A stretch of 64,000 nt of DNA from Dehalococcoidia bacterium (GTDB lineage: Bacteria > Chloroflexota > Dehalococcoidia > UBA2979), in the NCBI GenBank assembly GCA_965219085.1, contig OZ244720.1, positions 2,784,001 through 2,848,000 of the forward strand, read 5' to 3'. The position numbers and the translations under genes were made by a program. Positions 45,819 to 54,877 of the stretch are shown here, piece by piece (position 1 is the first letter of the stretch; the number at the start of each line of letters is the position of its first letter). A model generated the notes under the pieces. It searched no databases, was not told the origin of the DNA, and saw only the letters and a list, made by a program, of their open reading frames with translations.

Positions 45819-46343
45819 ATGCATGGAGTCATCGCCGCCGCCGCGGCGCTCATCGCGCTGCTGCTCGGATCCAGCTCCGCGCAGGCGCAGCCGGCGCCGG
45901 ACCCGGCCACCTACTCTGGCTACGGCCTGATCCCAGGCGATGTCGTCACCGCGATCTACTACGACGAAGATTGTGAAACTGCAATCGTCGACGAGACTGG
46001 CAGCTGGTACCTCGAGGTCACCGACGACAGCCCGTGCCGCCCGAGCCCCGGCGCCGCAGCGCGGATCGACTTTCTGGTCAACTTGGACCACGCCAATGAG
46101 TCCTTCGTATACGCCTACGGCCACCGCGTGGATGGCATCGTGTTCTCCGGCCTTCGCCTTCGACCTAGGATCGAGGGGCGGGGGGCCGACGGGGTCGTGA
46201 CGCCGGCCGACAAGAGCGATGCGAGCATGGCCGACGACCTGCTCGAGCAGTGGCCCCTGATTATGCTGACCCTCGCGGCGCTCGCGCTCATCGTTATTGC
46301 AGCGGCTGAGATCACTATGGTGCTGCGGGCTAGACGCGACTAA
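45819..46343 (+). CDS. Hypothetical protein, signal peptide plus C-terminal TM anchor
   Basis: AQA cleavage-like site; C-terminal hydrophobic helix and RARRD tail; GGGAGG RBS. Confidence 0.7.
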   Translation: MHGVIAAAAALIALLLGSSSAQAQPAPDPATYSGYGLIPGDVVTAIYYDEDCETAIVDETGSWYLEVTDDSPCRPSPGAAARIDFLVNLDHANESFVYAYGHRVDGIVFSGLRLRPRIEGRGADGVVTPADKSDASMADDLLEQWPLIMLTLAALALIVIAAAEITMVLRARRD

Positions 46344-46418
46344 CGTCGGTTCGCTCTCAGGCACGCCGCCCCGACCACGGTGTGGTACTCGCGAAAGCGA
46401 TCGTCATCTTGACGCGCC

Positions 46419-46571
46419 TCAGCAGCTCGGCGCATTGTTACAGCGGCTCACTGAGCGATTCGACGCTGCGCTCGACCGCCTCGAACCGGCGTCGACAGCG
46501 ATGATGATATAGGCCGCGACCTCGATGGCCAGTTCGTGCAGCGCGTGGCGGACTTCCCTCTTGAACCTCAC
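46419..46571 (-). CDS. Possible small ORF (50 aa)
   Basis: GTG start, MRFKREVRHALHELAIEVAAYIIIAVD...; below ORF-track cutoff. Confidence 0.25.
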   Translation of the reverse strand: MRFKREVRHALHELAIEVAAYIIIAVDAGSRRSSAASNRSVSRCNNAPSC

Positions 46572-46604
46572 CGGGTCGTCGACGCCCGGGGGCGGCCTGC
46601 ACGC

Positions 46605-46705
46605 TCATGGCGCCACCGCGGCGGTCGCCAGGGCGGCGTCCTGAGCGCGCTCGATCTCGGCGCGCAGCTCGTCCATCGTCGGGACGCCCATCCGCCAGAA
46701 CTGCC
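46605..46705 (-). pseudogene. 5'-truncated gene remnant at islet junction
   Basis: ...QFWRMGVPTMDELRAEIERAQDAALATAAVAP*; frame runs directly into the secF duplicate. Confidence 0.4.
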
Positions 46706-46785
46706 GGGACGAGGGCGACTTCGGGCGGCTGCTCAGGCGCTTCCGGCGTGGGGGTGAGTCGGGCGAGCAGCCTGCGGCGACGTAG
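46706..46785 (+). pseudogene. secF: Orphan duplicate of the last 80 bp of secF
   Basis: 65/80 identical, ungapped, to 44420-44499; DEGDFGRLLRRFRRGGESGEQPAAT* vs DEGDFSRLLGRFRRGGESEEEAAAT*. Confidence 0.92.
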
Positions 46786-46797
46786 CCGCGGGCGCGG

Positions 46798-47313
46798 TTA
46801 ACGCCAGCGCACGAGCAGCACACCGCCGAGCACCACCAACACGCCCGCGATGCGCAGCAGCGTGACGCGCTGCGCCTCGTTCCCGAACGCGCCGATGTGG
46901 TCCATGACGAGCGCGCCGCCGAGGGTCCCGGCCGTCACCGCGCTGAACAGCAGCGCCACCCCCAGCCTCGGCGCGAGCGCCGACCCGCCGATGATGAACG
47001 CCGCGCCGAACAGCCCAACGCCGGCCATGTACGCGCTCGGTCCGTGGAACCCGAGCACGAGCACGCCGACCGACAGCAGGCCGATCACGGCGAACACCCA
47101 CCAGCGATCGAACGGGACGGGCAGGTCGACCGCGTCGTCGCGCGCGGTGCGAATGGCGAGCACCAGGGCGATGCCCGCCACCGTGCCGAAGATCGAGAGC
47201 CAGCCCGCCTCGACGGGTCCGCGGTCGCGCCCGATCGCGCCGAGCATCGAGACCTGCACCGAGGCGCCGACCCCGAGGGAGAGCGCGACGGCGAGTTGGA
47301 GCAGTTGGGTCAC
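46798..47313 (-). CDS. DMT family (YdcZ/DUF606-like) membrane protein
   Basis: Five TM; PRLGVA, MDHIGAFG, RIAGV; overlaps the selB stop. Confidence 0.85.
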   Translation of the reverse strand: MTQLLQLAVALSLGVGASVQVSMLGAIGRDRGPVEAGWLSIFGTVAGIALVLAIRTARDDAVDLPVPFDRWWVFAVIGLLSVGVLVLGFHGPSAYMAGVGLFGAAFIIGGSALAPRLGVALLFSAVTAGTLGGALVMDHIGAFGNEAQRVTLLRIAGVLVVLGGVLLVRWR

Positions 47314-49160
47314 GCGCGAGTCCTCGCCAGCACGCGCTCGTCGCCGCGACGCCGGGTGACGCCGTCGCGGTCGAGGCGTTCGAGCATCGCCTGCGTGGCG
47401 CGGCGGTTGGTGCCGATGGCGTCGCGCAGTTGCGCCAGCGTGGCCGAGCCCTCCGCCTCGATCAAGGCGACGACGGTCCTCGACACCTCGGCGAACGCGC
47501 CGGCGGCCAGCATCACGCCGTCTCCGCAGTCGACGATCTCGCCGCAGTCCTCGAGGAACGCCGCCAGCTCCGGCTCGAGGTCGATGCGCGGCGGGCTGAC
47601 GCCCCCGGCGGCGAGGGCCGCGACCGCCTCCTCGGCGGCCCGCCGCTGCGCAGCGGTCGGCTGAGGCGACCAGTCCGCGCGGCGCACCCCGCCGGACTCG
47701 GCCACGACCTCCGGGGCGAGCGCGGGGAGCACCGCCTCGAAGGCGCGCGCGTCGAGGCCGAGCCGCGCGCGCAGCTCCTCGCCCGTCATCACCCGGCGCA
47801 GGGGATGCTCGCGTTCGTAGGCCTCCAGGGCGCGCGTGGCGCGCGTGCGTAGCCGCGCCGCGCCGGCCGCGCTCACGTAGCGCGCCTCGTCGCCCGCCAG
47901 CGCAATCACGTCGCCCCGCTCCATGAGCACCTCGATGGACCCGGCGAGCGCGTCGGCTTCGAGGTCGGCGTGGCGGGCGAGTTCGGCGACGGTCGCGGGT
48001 TCGATGCGTTCGAGGGCGGCGAGTGCCGCTTCGTCGGGGCTGCCCTCGGCGAGCGCGAGCATGCGTTCGATCGCGGCGGGGTCGGTGCGGCGGTGGCGCG
48101 CGGTGTTGACGGCGAGCACGCGTCCGCCGGCGAGCGTGCGGTCCGAGACGCGCACGACGAAGAGATCGCCCGGCGCGGCGGCGATCGGCGGGGCAAGCTG
48201 GATCTGGCACCAGCCCTCGCCGCCCGCGGCCACCTCGTCCGCGCCGAGGAGGCGCAGGCGCCCCTGCGTCTCGGCCGCGCCGAGGTGCACGGTCACGCGC
48301 AGGTTGTGGCGCAACGCGCGGCCCGGCAGCACGCGCAGCACGGCGTCTACTGTGCGCGCGACGCCCACTTGTCCGGGTGGTGCGAGCACCTGCCCGCGGC
48401 GCAGCTCGTCGGTGCCGACGCCGGCGAGGTTGATCGCCACGCGCGTGCCCGGCTGCGCCTCTTCGACCTGCTGTTGATGGGTCTGGAGCCCGCGGATGCG
48501 CGCCGAGGGGCCACCCGGCACGGCCTCGAGCGTCTCGCCCGCGCGCAGCGTCCCGTTGAGCAGCGTGCCGGTCACCACGGTCCCGAAGCCCTGCATCGTG
48601 AACACGCGGTCGATGCCGAAGCGCGGGCGGCCGACGTCGCGCGGCTCGGGAACCCCCTCGAGCGCCGCGTCGAGCGCCGCCCGCAGCGCGTCGATGCCTT
48701 CGCCGGTGGCGGCCGAGGTGCGCACGATGGGCGCGCCGCCGAGCGTCGTCGGCGCGAGCTCCTCGCGCAGCTCCTCCTCGACGAGTTCGAGCCACTCCTC
48801 GTCGGGTGCGAGGTCCACCTTGGTGAGGGTGACGATGGCGTGGCGGACGTCGAGCAGGTCGAGGATCTCAAGGTGTTCGCGCGTCTGCGGCATCACGCCC
48901 TCGTCGGCCGCGACGACGAACAGCGCGAGGTCTATGGCGCCGACCCCGGCGAGCATGTGCCGCACGAAGCGCACGTGTCCCGGCACGTCGACGATGGAGA
49001 CCTCGCGGCCGGAGGGCAGGGTCATCCAGGCGAAGCCGAGCTCGATCGTGAGGCCGCGCTCGCGCTCCTCCTGCAGGCGGTCGGGGTGGATGCCGGTCAG
49101 CGCCTCGATGAGCGCGGACTTGCCGTGGTCGACGTGTCCCGCGGTGCCGATGACGTACAT
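47310..49160 (-). CDS. selB: Selenocysteine-specific elongation factor
   Basis: GTAGHVDHGKS, RGLTIELGF, DVPGH, PQTREH, C-terminal winged helices. Confidence 0.95.
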   Translation of the reverse strand: MYVIGTAGHVDHGKSALIEALTGIHPDRLQEERERGLTIELGFAWMTLPSGREVSIVDVPGHVRFVRHMLAGVGAIDLALFVVAADEGVMPQTREHLEILDLLDVRHAIVTLTKVDLAPDEEWLELVEEELREELAPTTLGGAPIVRTSAATGEGIDALRAALDAALEGVPEPRDVGRPRFGIDRVFTMQGFGTVVTGTLLNGTLRAGETLEAVPGGPSARIRGLQTHQQQVEEAQPGTRVAINLAGVGTDELRRGQVLAPPGQVGVARTVDAVLRVLPGRALRHNLRVTVHLGAAETQGRLRLLGADEVAAGGEGWCQIQLAPPIAAAPGDLFVVRVSDRTLAGGRVLAVNTARHRRTDPAAIERMLALAEGSPDEAALAALERIEPATVAELARHADLEADALAGSIEVLMERGDVIALAGDEARYVSAAGAARLRTRATRALEAYEREHPLRRVMTGEELRARLGLDARAFEAVLPALAPEVVAESGGVRRADWSPQPTAAQRRAAEEAVAALAAGGVSPPRIDLEPELAAFLEDCGEIVDCGDGVMLAAGAFAEVSRTVVALIEAEGSATLAQLRDAIGTNRRATQAMLERLDRDGVTRRRGDERVLARTRA

Positions 49161-49298
49161 GCCGCGAGTCTAGCGGCGATGCCGCCGAGGGGCAGTTGCC
49201 GCCCGCGGGACAGTGCGCGAGGCTGCGCGAGGACGCCGGGTACAGCACCGGGGGCGAAGGGAGCACACGATGCGCATCGCAGACGCCGGGGCAGTATC

Positions 49299-50345
49299 GT
49301 GACCGTCGCGTTCAGCACCGATCAGATCTACTTCTCGCACCAGCCGCCGGGCGGCACGCCGCATCCCGAGCGCTCGGACCGCCTCGCCGCGATCCTGCAG
49401 CAGCTCGATACCACGGGCCTGCTCGACCGCATGGAGCACCTGCCCGAGCGCGACGCGACCGACGAGGAGCTGCTCGCCGTGCACACGCGCGACCTGCTCG
49501 TGACCGTCGACGCGCATGCCGCCGCCGGCGGCGGGTGGGCCGATGCCGACACGTTCATCGGGCCGTCGTCACCGGCAGCGGCGCGCCGCGTGGCAGGCGC
49601 GGCGCTTGCGGCGACCGACGCCGTCCTCGGCGGCGCGGCGACGAGCGCGTTCGTCGCGGCGCGTCCGCCCGGTCACCACGCGACGCGCGACCGCGCGATG
49701 GGGTTCTGCCTCTTCAACCAGGTCGCGGTCGCCGTGCAGGCAGCCCTCGACCGCAGCGTGGAGCGCGTAGCCGTCGTCGACTGGGACCTGCACCACGGCA
49801 ACGGCACGCAGGCGATCTTCGACGACGAGCCGCGCGTGCTCTACGTCAGCACGCACGCCTACCCCTTCTACCCCGGCACCGGCGCAGTCGAGGACCGCGG
49901 AGTCGGCGCGGCGGCGGGGACGATGGTCAACATTCCGCTCCCGGGCGGGGCCGGGGACGCCGCGTTCCGAGCCGCCTACGGGCAGGTCGCCGTGCCGGCG
50001 CTCGAGGCGTTCAGGCCGGAGCTCGTGTTCGTGTCGTGCGGGTGGGACTCGCACGCGCGTGACCAGCTCGGCCCGCTCGCCGTCTCGACGGCGGGCTACA
50101 CCGCCGTCGCGAGGATGATCGTCGACGCCGCGAACCGGCTCTGCGACGGGCGTCTCGTCGCCGTCCTCGAGGGCGGCTACGACGAGCACGCGCTGGCGCA
50201 CTGCTCGCAGGCGCTATGCGAGCTGCTGCTCGGTGACGAGCCGTCGCCCGACCCGCTACAGGGCACCGGGAAGCCGGAGCTCGTCGGCAACATCGACATG
50301 GTGATCGCCGCGACCCGCGCGGCTGCTGGCCTCGACGCATCGTGA
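49299..50345 (+). CDS. Histone deacetylase family (Zn-dependent) protein
   Basis: HPE, RPPGHHA, GFC, DWDLHHGNGT, LEGGY. Confidence 0.93.
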   Translation: MTVAFSTDQIYFSHQPPGGTPHPERSDRLAAILQQLDTTGLLDRMEHLPERDATDEELLAVHTRDLLVTVDAHAAAGGGWADADTFIGPSSPAAARRVAGAALAATDAVLGGAATSAFVAARPPGHHATRDRAMGFCLFNQVAVAVQAALDRSVERVAVVDWDLHHGNGTQAIFDDEPRVLYVSTHAYPFYPGTGAVEDRGVGAAAGTMVNIPLPGGAGDAAFRAAYGQVAVPALEAFRPELVFVSCGWDSHARDQLGPLAVSTAGYTAVARMIVDAANRLCDGRLVAVLEGGYDEHALAHCSQALCELLLGDEPSPDPLQGTGKPELVGNIDMVIAATRAAAGLDAS

Positions 50346-50824
50346 GGCGCGCGCTGCTCGTGCTGGTGCTCGGCCTCGTCGCGGTGCTCGCCGCCTGCGG
50401 CGGCGAAGGCTCAGGCGAACACGATGGCGACTCGGGGGAGCACGGCCGCTCGGAGGAGGGCGGCTCCGACGAGGGCGAGGAGTCGGGCGTCCAGTACACC
50501 CGGACCGAGGTCTACGACAGCGTGCGGGCGGGCGCGCGGCTGATCATCTCCTACGACGCACCCTCCAACACGTTCATCGGCACGGTCGAGAACGTGACGT
50601 CGGAGACGCTGGCCCGCGTCCGCGTGGAAGTGCACCTCTCCAACGGCGTCGAGCTCGGCCCGACGACCCCCACCGACCTCGCCCGGGGCGGGGTGCTCGA
50701 GGTGACCCTGGAGGCCACCACGCAGCCGTTCGAGACGTGGAGCGCGCACCCCGAAGTCGGCAGCGAGGAGGCGGAGCACGGCGACGAGGAGCACGAGGGC
50801 GGCTCTGAGGAATCGGGCGACTGA
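50342..50824 (+). CDS. Lipoprotein with His/Glu/Gly-rich tails
   Basis: Lipobox LAAC; GTVEN...VRVEVHL beta domain (FxLYD-like); EHDGDSGEH and EHGDEEHE tails. Confidence 0.75.
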   Translation: MRRALLVLVLGLVAVLAACGGEGSGEHDGDSGEHGRSEEGGSDEGEESGVQYTRTEVYDSVRAGARLIISYDAPSNTFIGTVENVTSETLARVRVEVHLSNGVELGPTTPTDLARGGVLEVTLEATTQPFETWSAHPEVGSEEAEHGDEEHEGGSEESGD

Positions 50825-50856
50825 CCGGCTGAGGCCCGCCGCTGCCCGGGCGGGCG

Positions 50857-51141
50857 CTACTCGATGGTCCGCGACTCCGTGAGCGTGCCCTGGCGGCCGC
50901 AGGCCGGGCAGTCCTCGGGCAGCTCGGGTCGGGGGACGTCGCCGCCACGGAGCTGCGACAGGCCGAGCCAGATGTCGTCGCGGAGCTGGAACGACGAGGC
51001 GATGCGGCCGCGGGGGCCGCGCGTGGCCGCGCGCAACTCCTCCTCGACGCGCCGTTGCGCCTCGGCGGCGCTCATCGGCCTGCTCGAACGCACGAGGACC
51101 TCGCGGCGGCAGCTTGAGCAGCGGTAGACATCGATCGGCAC
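50857..51141 (-). CDS. Small zinc-ribbon protein
   Basis: YRCSSC ... CPACG; follows hemW. Confidence 0.7.
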   Translation of the reverse strand: MPIDVYRCSSCRREVLVRSSRPMSAAEAQRRVEEELRAATRGPRGRIASSFQLRDDIWLGLSQLRGGDVPRPELPEDCPACGRQGTLTESRTIE

Positions 51142-51169
51142 GGACAGCCTCGGGAGCGCGGCGCCGGCG

Positions 51170-52378
51170 TCAGGGCGCGGCGGCCGGTTGCGCGTCCGGC
51201 AGCGGGTCGGGCAGCAGGTCCACGAACACCTCGTTGGCGAGCAGCAGGCCGCGCGTCGTGAGCCGCAGCCGCCCGTCGCGGTCCTCGAGCAGGCCCGTGC
51301 GGAAGTGGCGCTCGATCGCGCCGCCGAACGCCGCCTCCGGCGGCTCGCCGAAGCGCGCCGCGTAGTCGAGGCGAGAGACGCCTTCGAGGAGCCGCAGCCC
51401 GAGGATCAGCGCGTCGGCGCGCAGGGTCGCCTCGTTGGGCGTCTCGCCGCCGGCGATCTGCTGGAGCGTGCCGCCGCCGGTGGCCGTGCGCTCGGCGTGG
51501 GAGGCGTTGACCAACTCGACGTAGCGCTGGGGCGAGTCGACATTCGCGAGGCGCTGCCCGGCGAAGAACGAGTGCGCGCCCGCGCCGACGCCGATGTACG
51601 GCTCGGCGCGCCAGTAGACGAGGTTGTGGCGGCAGGGGTGGCCGGGCCGCGCCCAGTTCGAGATCTCGTACTGCTCGTACCCGGCGAGGGCGAGGCGGTC
51701 GCGGGTCCACTCGTACTGGTCGGCAACGACGTCGGGGTCCGGCTCGGGGAGCGTCCCCTTCTGGACCTGGTAGTAGAGCAGCGTGCCGGGTTCGACGGTG
51801 AGCGCGTAGCAGGACAGGTGCTCCGGCGCCAGCTCGATCGCGCGCTCCAGCGTGTGCTGCCAGCACTCAAGGGGCTGGTCGATGAGCCCGAAGATGAGGT
51901 CCATGTTCACGTTGTCGAAGCCCGCCGCGCGGGCCGATTGCACACCCTCGACGGCGCGGTCGGCACTGTGCTGACGGTCGAGGAGCTCCAGTTCGTCGTC
52001 GTTGAGCGACTGCACGCCGATCGAGAGTCGGTTGATGCCGAGCGCGCGCAAGCCTTCGAGGTGCTCGCGCGTGAGCTCGGTCGGGTTCGCCTCGATGGTC
52101 CACTCGGCGTCGGGCGCGACGTCGTACTGCGCGCGCACGGCGCGCACGATCGTCTCCATGTCGTCGAGCGAAGTGAGGCTCGGGGTGCCGCCGCCGAGGA
52201 ACACCGTCTCGACGCGGTGGGTGCGCGCGGCGGGCGCCCACAGCTCGAGCTCGCGCACGAGCGCGGGCGTGTACTCGGGCACGAGGTGGTCGAGGCCCTC
52301 GTAAGAGTTGAAGTCGCAGTAGCCGCACTTGGCGGTGCAGAACGGGATGTGCAGGTAGAGCGAAAGCGCCTGCGTCAC
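51170..52378 (-). CDS. hemW: Radical SAM heme chaperone HemW
   Basis: YLHIPFCTAKCGYCDFNS, GGGTPS, YEISN, HNLVYW. Confidence 0.93.
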   Translation of the reverse strand: MTQALSLYLHIPFCTAKCGYCDFNSYEGLDHLVPEYTPALVRELELWAPAARTHRVETVFLGGGTPSLTSLDDMETIVRAVRAQYDVAPDAEWTIEANPTELTREHLEGLRALGINRLSIGVQSLNDDELELLDRQHSADRAVEGVQSARAAGFDNVNMDLIFGLIDQPLECWQHTLERAIELAPEHLSCYALTVEPGTLLYYQVQKGTLPEPDPDVVADQYEWTRDRLALAGYEQYEISNWARPGHPCRHNLVYWRAEPYIGVGAGAHSFFAGQRLANVDSPQRYVELVNASHAERTATGGGTLQQIAGGETPNEATLRADALILGLRLLEGVSRLDYAARFGEPPEAAFGGAIERHFRTGLLEDRDGRLRLTTRGLLLANEVFVDLLPDPLPDAQPAAAP

Positions 52379-52421
52379 AACGGACCTCGATGCTCGTGCC
52401 GTGCTCGTGGCGGCGCGGCCA

Positions 52422-52452
52422 GCGTACAGGCGTGGCGGGGTGTGGGGAACGC
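52422..52452. repeat. 31-bp perfect direct repeat, copy 1 (putative hemW promoter)
   Basis: gcgtacaggcgtggcggggtgtggggaacgc, identical at 52881-52911. Confidence 0.93.
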
Positions 52453-52473
52453 ACGGGAGGCGTCGCGCCGCGT

Positions 52474-52857
52474 CTAGTTGTGCGCCAGTTCGTCTTGGTC
52501 GGGCAGTCTGCGAGGCTCGGATGCGGTGCCGGGGTCGTATCCCTTGTGGATGTACGTGGCGAGCCGGTGATAACCGTCGTCCGGTGCATCGTCGACGGGA
52601 ACAGCTGCGATGATCTCCTCCGCGGTGTTGACCGGGAGGTCGGCGAGGTGCGCCATGAGCTTGCTCACGATGTCCTGACGCTTGCCGCGCGCGCTGACCT
52701 CGACGCCCACGTCTCTCGCGAATTGGCTGAGGTTGCTCGTAGTAGGCAGGATTTCGCTCTTGCGGAGCCGGGATTCGAAACCCGAGAGCAACTCATACAG
52801 CGAGGGCTCAGTCTCCTTCAGACGGTCACAGGCACTGGGCGTCCGCTCCCACTCCCG
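52474..52857 (-). pseudogene. Probably 5'-truncated hypothetical gene between the repeats
   Basis: Frame open from TAG at 52858-52860: ...DRLKETEPSLYELLSGFESRLRKSEILPT...; only a TTG at 52791 as start; lower GC. Confidence 0.55.
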
Positions 52858-52880
52858 CTAACTATGCTACTACGTCGATT

Positions 52881-52911
52881 GCGTACAGGCGTGGCGGGGT
52901 GTGGGGAACGC
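52881..52911. repeat. 31-bp perfect direct repeat, copy 2
   Basis: Identical to 52422-52452. Confidence 0.93.
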
Positions 52912-52959
52912 GGCGGGCACCCCTACCCCGCCCTCGCGCCCCGTGCGAGACTCGATCGC

Positions 52960-54786
52960 ATGTTGCGAACCCACGCTGCGGGGACACTCCGCCTCGACCA
53001 CGCCGGCGACCGAGTGACGCTCGCCGGGTGGGTGCACCGCCGCCGTGACCACGGTGGGCTGATCTTCGTCGACCTGCGCGACGCCGCGGGCCTCGTGCAG
53101 GTGGTCTTCCACCCCGAGGACGCACCCGCCGCGTTCGCGATCGCCTCGGATCTCCGCAGCGAGTTCGTGCTGCACGTCGAAGGCGAGGTGGTGGCGCGCC
53201 GGCCGGGGACGGAGAACCCGGACCTCGACACCGGCGCCGTCGAGGTCGCCGTCCGCAGCGCGGCGATCCTCAACGCCTCGCGCACGCCGCCGTTCCCGAT
53301 CAACCAGGAGACGAACGTCGACGAGGCGACGCGGCTGCGTTACCGCTACCTCGACCTGCGCCGCGAGCGCATGGCCGCGAACCTCGTGCTGCGCCACCGC
53401 GTCGTCGCGTTCATGCGGCGCTTCCTGAGCGACAAGGGCTTCCTGGAGGTCGAGACGCCCGTGCTGGGCCTCGCCACGCCCGAGGGCGCGCGCGACTACC
53501 TGGTGCCGAGCCGGGTGCACCCCGGCGACTTCTACGCGTTGCCGCAGTCGCCGCAGCAGTGGAAGCAGTTGCTGATGGTCGCCGGCGTCGAGCGCTACTT
53601 CCAGATCGCGCGCTGCTACCGCGACGAGGACCTGCGCGCGGACCGCCAACCCGAGTTCACGCAGCTCGACCTCGAGATGTCGTTCGTCGACGAAGACGAC
53701 ATCCTCGGCCTGACCGAGGAGCTCTACAGCGGCCTCGCCGCCGAAGTCGCACCCCAGCTCGAGACGCCGAGCCCGTTTGTGCGCATGACCTACGCGGAGT
53801 CGATGGAGCGCTACGGCTCGGACAAGCCCGACCTGCGCTTCGGCATCGAGATCAGCGACCTCACGGACATCGTGCGCGACAGCGAGTTCCAGGTGTTCCG
53901 TCGCGCCATCGAGGCGGGCGGCCGCGTGCGCGGCTTCGCCGTGCCCGGCGGCGCGGACACCCCGCGCCGCGGCGCCGACGCCCTCGAGGCGCTGGCGAAG
54001 GAGAGCGGCGCGGGTGGCCTCGTCTGGATCGTCTACGAGGAGGACGGGTCGGTGCGCTCGCCTGTCGCGCGCTTCTTCGACGAGGCGGCGCTCGCCGCGC
54101 TGGCCGCGGCCTGCGGCGCGTCGGCCGGCGACATGCTGCTGATCGTGGCTGACCAGGACGCCGTGAGCTCGCGCGTGCTCGACGTGCTCATGCGGCGCGT
54201 CGCCGAGGACCGCGACCTCGCCGACACGAACGTGCTCGCGTTCGCGTTCATCACCGAGTTCCCGATGTTCGAGTGGGACGCGCCGGGGCAGCGCTGGAGC
54301 GCGATGCACCACCTGTTCACCGCGCCGTTCGACGAGGACGTGGACCTGATCGACAGCGATCCGGGCGCGGCGCGTTCACGAGCGTATGACCTCGTCTGCA
54401 ACGGCCAGGAGATCGGGTCCGGGTCGATCCGTATTCACCGCCGCGAGCTGCTGTCGCGCGTACTGCAGCGCCTCAACCTCGACGAGGCGGAGGCTGAGGA
54501 GCGCTTCGGGCACATGCTGGAGGCATTCACGTACGGCGCGCCGCCGCACGGCGGCATCGCGCCCGGCCTCGACCGTACCGTGGCGCTGTTCGCCGGCGAG
54601 CGCGACATCCGCGAGGTGATCGCGTTCCCCAAGACGAAGTCGGCCACGGACCCGCTGACGGGCGCGCCCGCCGGCGTGCACCGCGAGCAGTTGGCCGAGG
54701 TGCACATCGCGCTCACGCCCGAGGCCCAGGCGGCGCAGGCGGAGCGCGATGGGAGCGTGCGGGAAGAGATCACAAATGACGTATGA
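52960..54786 (+). CDS. aspS: Aspartate--tRNA ligase (likely non-discriminating)
   Basis: RRRDHGG (His typical of ND-AspRS), PEGARDYLVPSR, GAPPHGG. Confidence 0.95.
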   Translation: MLRTHAAGTLRLDHAGDRVTLAGWVHRRRDHGGLIFVDLRDAAGLVQVVFHPEDAPAAFAIASDLRSEFVLHVEGEVVARRPGTENPDLDTGAVEVAVRSAAILNASRTPPFPINQETNVDEATRLRYRYLDLRRERMAANLVLRHRVVAFMRRFLSDKGFLEVETPVLGLATPEGARDYLVPSRVHPGDFYALPQSPQQWKQLLMVAGVERYFQIARCYRDEDLRADRQPEFTQLDLEMSFVDEDDILGLTEELYSGLAAEVAPQLETPSPFVRMTYAESMERYGSDKPDLRFGIEISDLTDIVRDSEFQVFRRAIEAGGRVRGFAVPGGADTPRRGADALEALAKESGAGGLVWIVYEEDGSVRSPVARFFDEAALAALAAACGASAGDMLLIVADQDAVSSRVLDVLMRRVAEDRDLADTNVLAFAFITEFPMFEWDAPGQRWSAMHHLFTAPFDEDVDLIDSDPGAARSRAYDLVCNGQEIGSGSIRIHRRELLSRVLQRLNLDEAEAEERFGHMLEAFTYGAPPHGGIAPGLDRTVALFAGERDIREVIAFPKTKSATDPLTGAPAGVHREQLAEVHIALTPEAQAAQAERDGSVREEITNDV

Positions 54787-54877
54787 TCGTTTCGTGCGGC
54801 TCACTCCCCCAACCGCTGGAATCCCATCCGGTGACGATATGCGTATCTTCTAACGACGCATCGAGCGGAGGCGTTCT

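Noticed and set aside
47310-51141. Selenoprotein (UGA read-through) near selB
   Set aside because: No neighbouring ORF shows homology continuing past a TGA or a CxxU motif that I could identify
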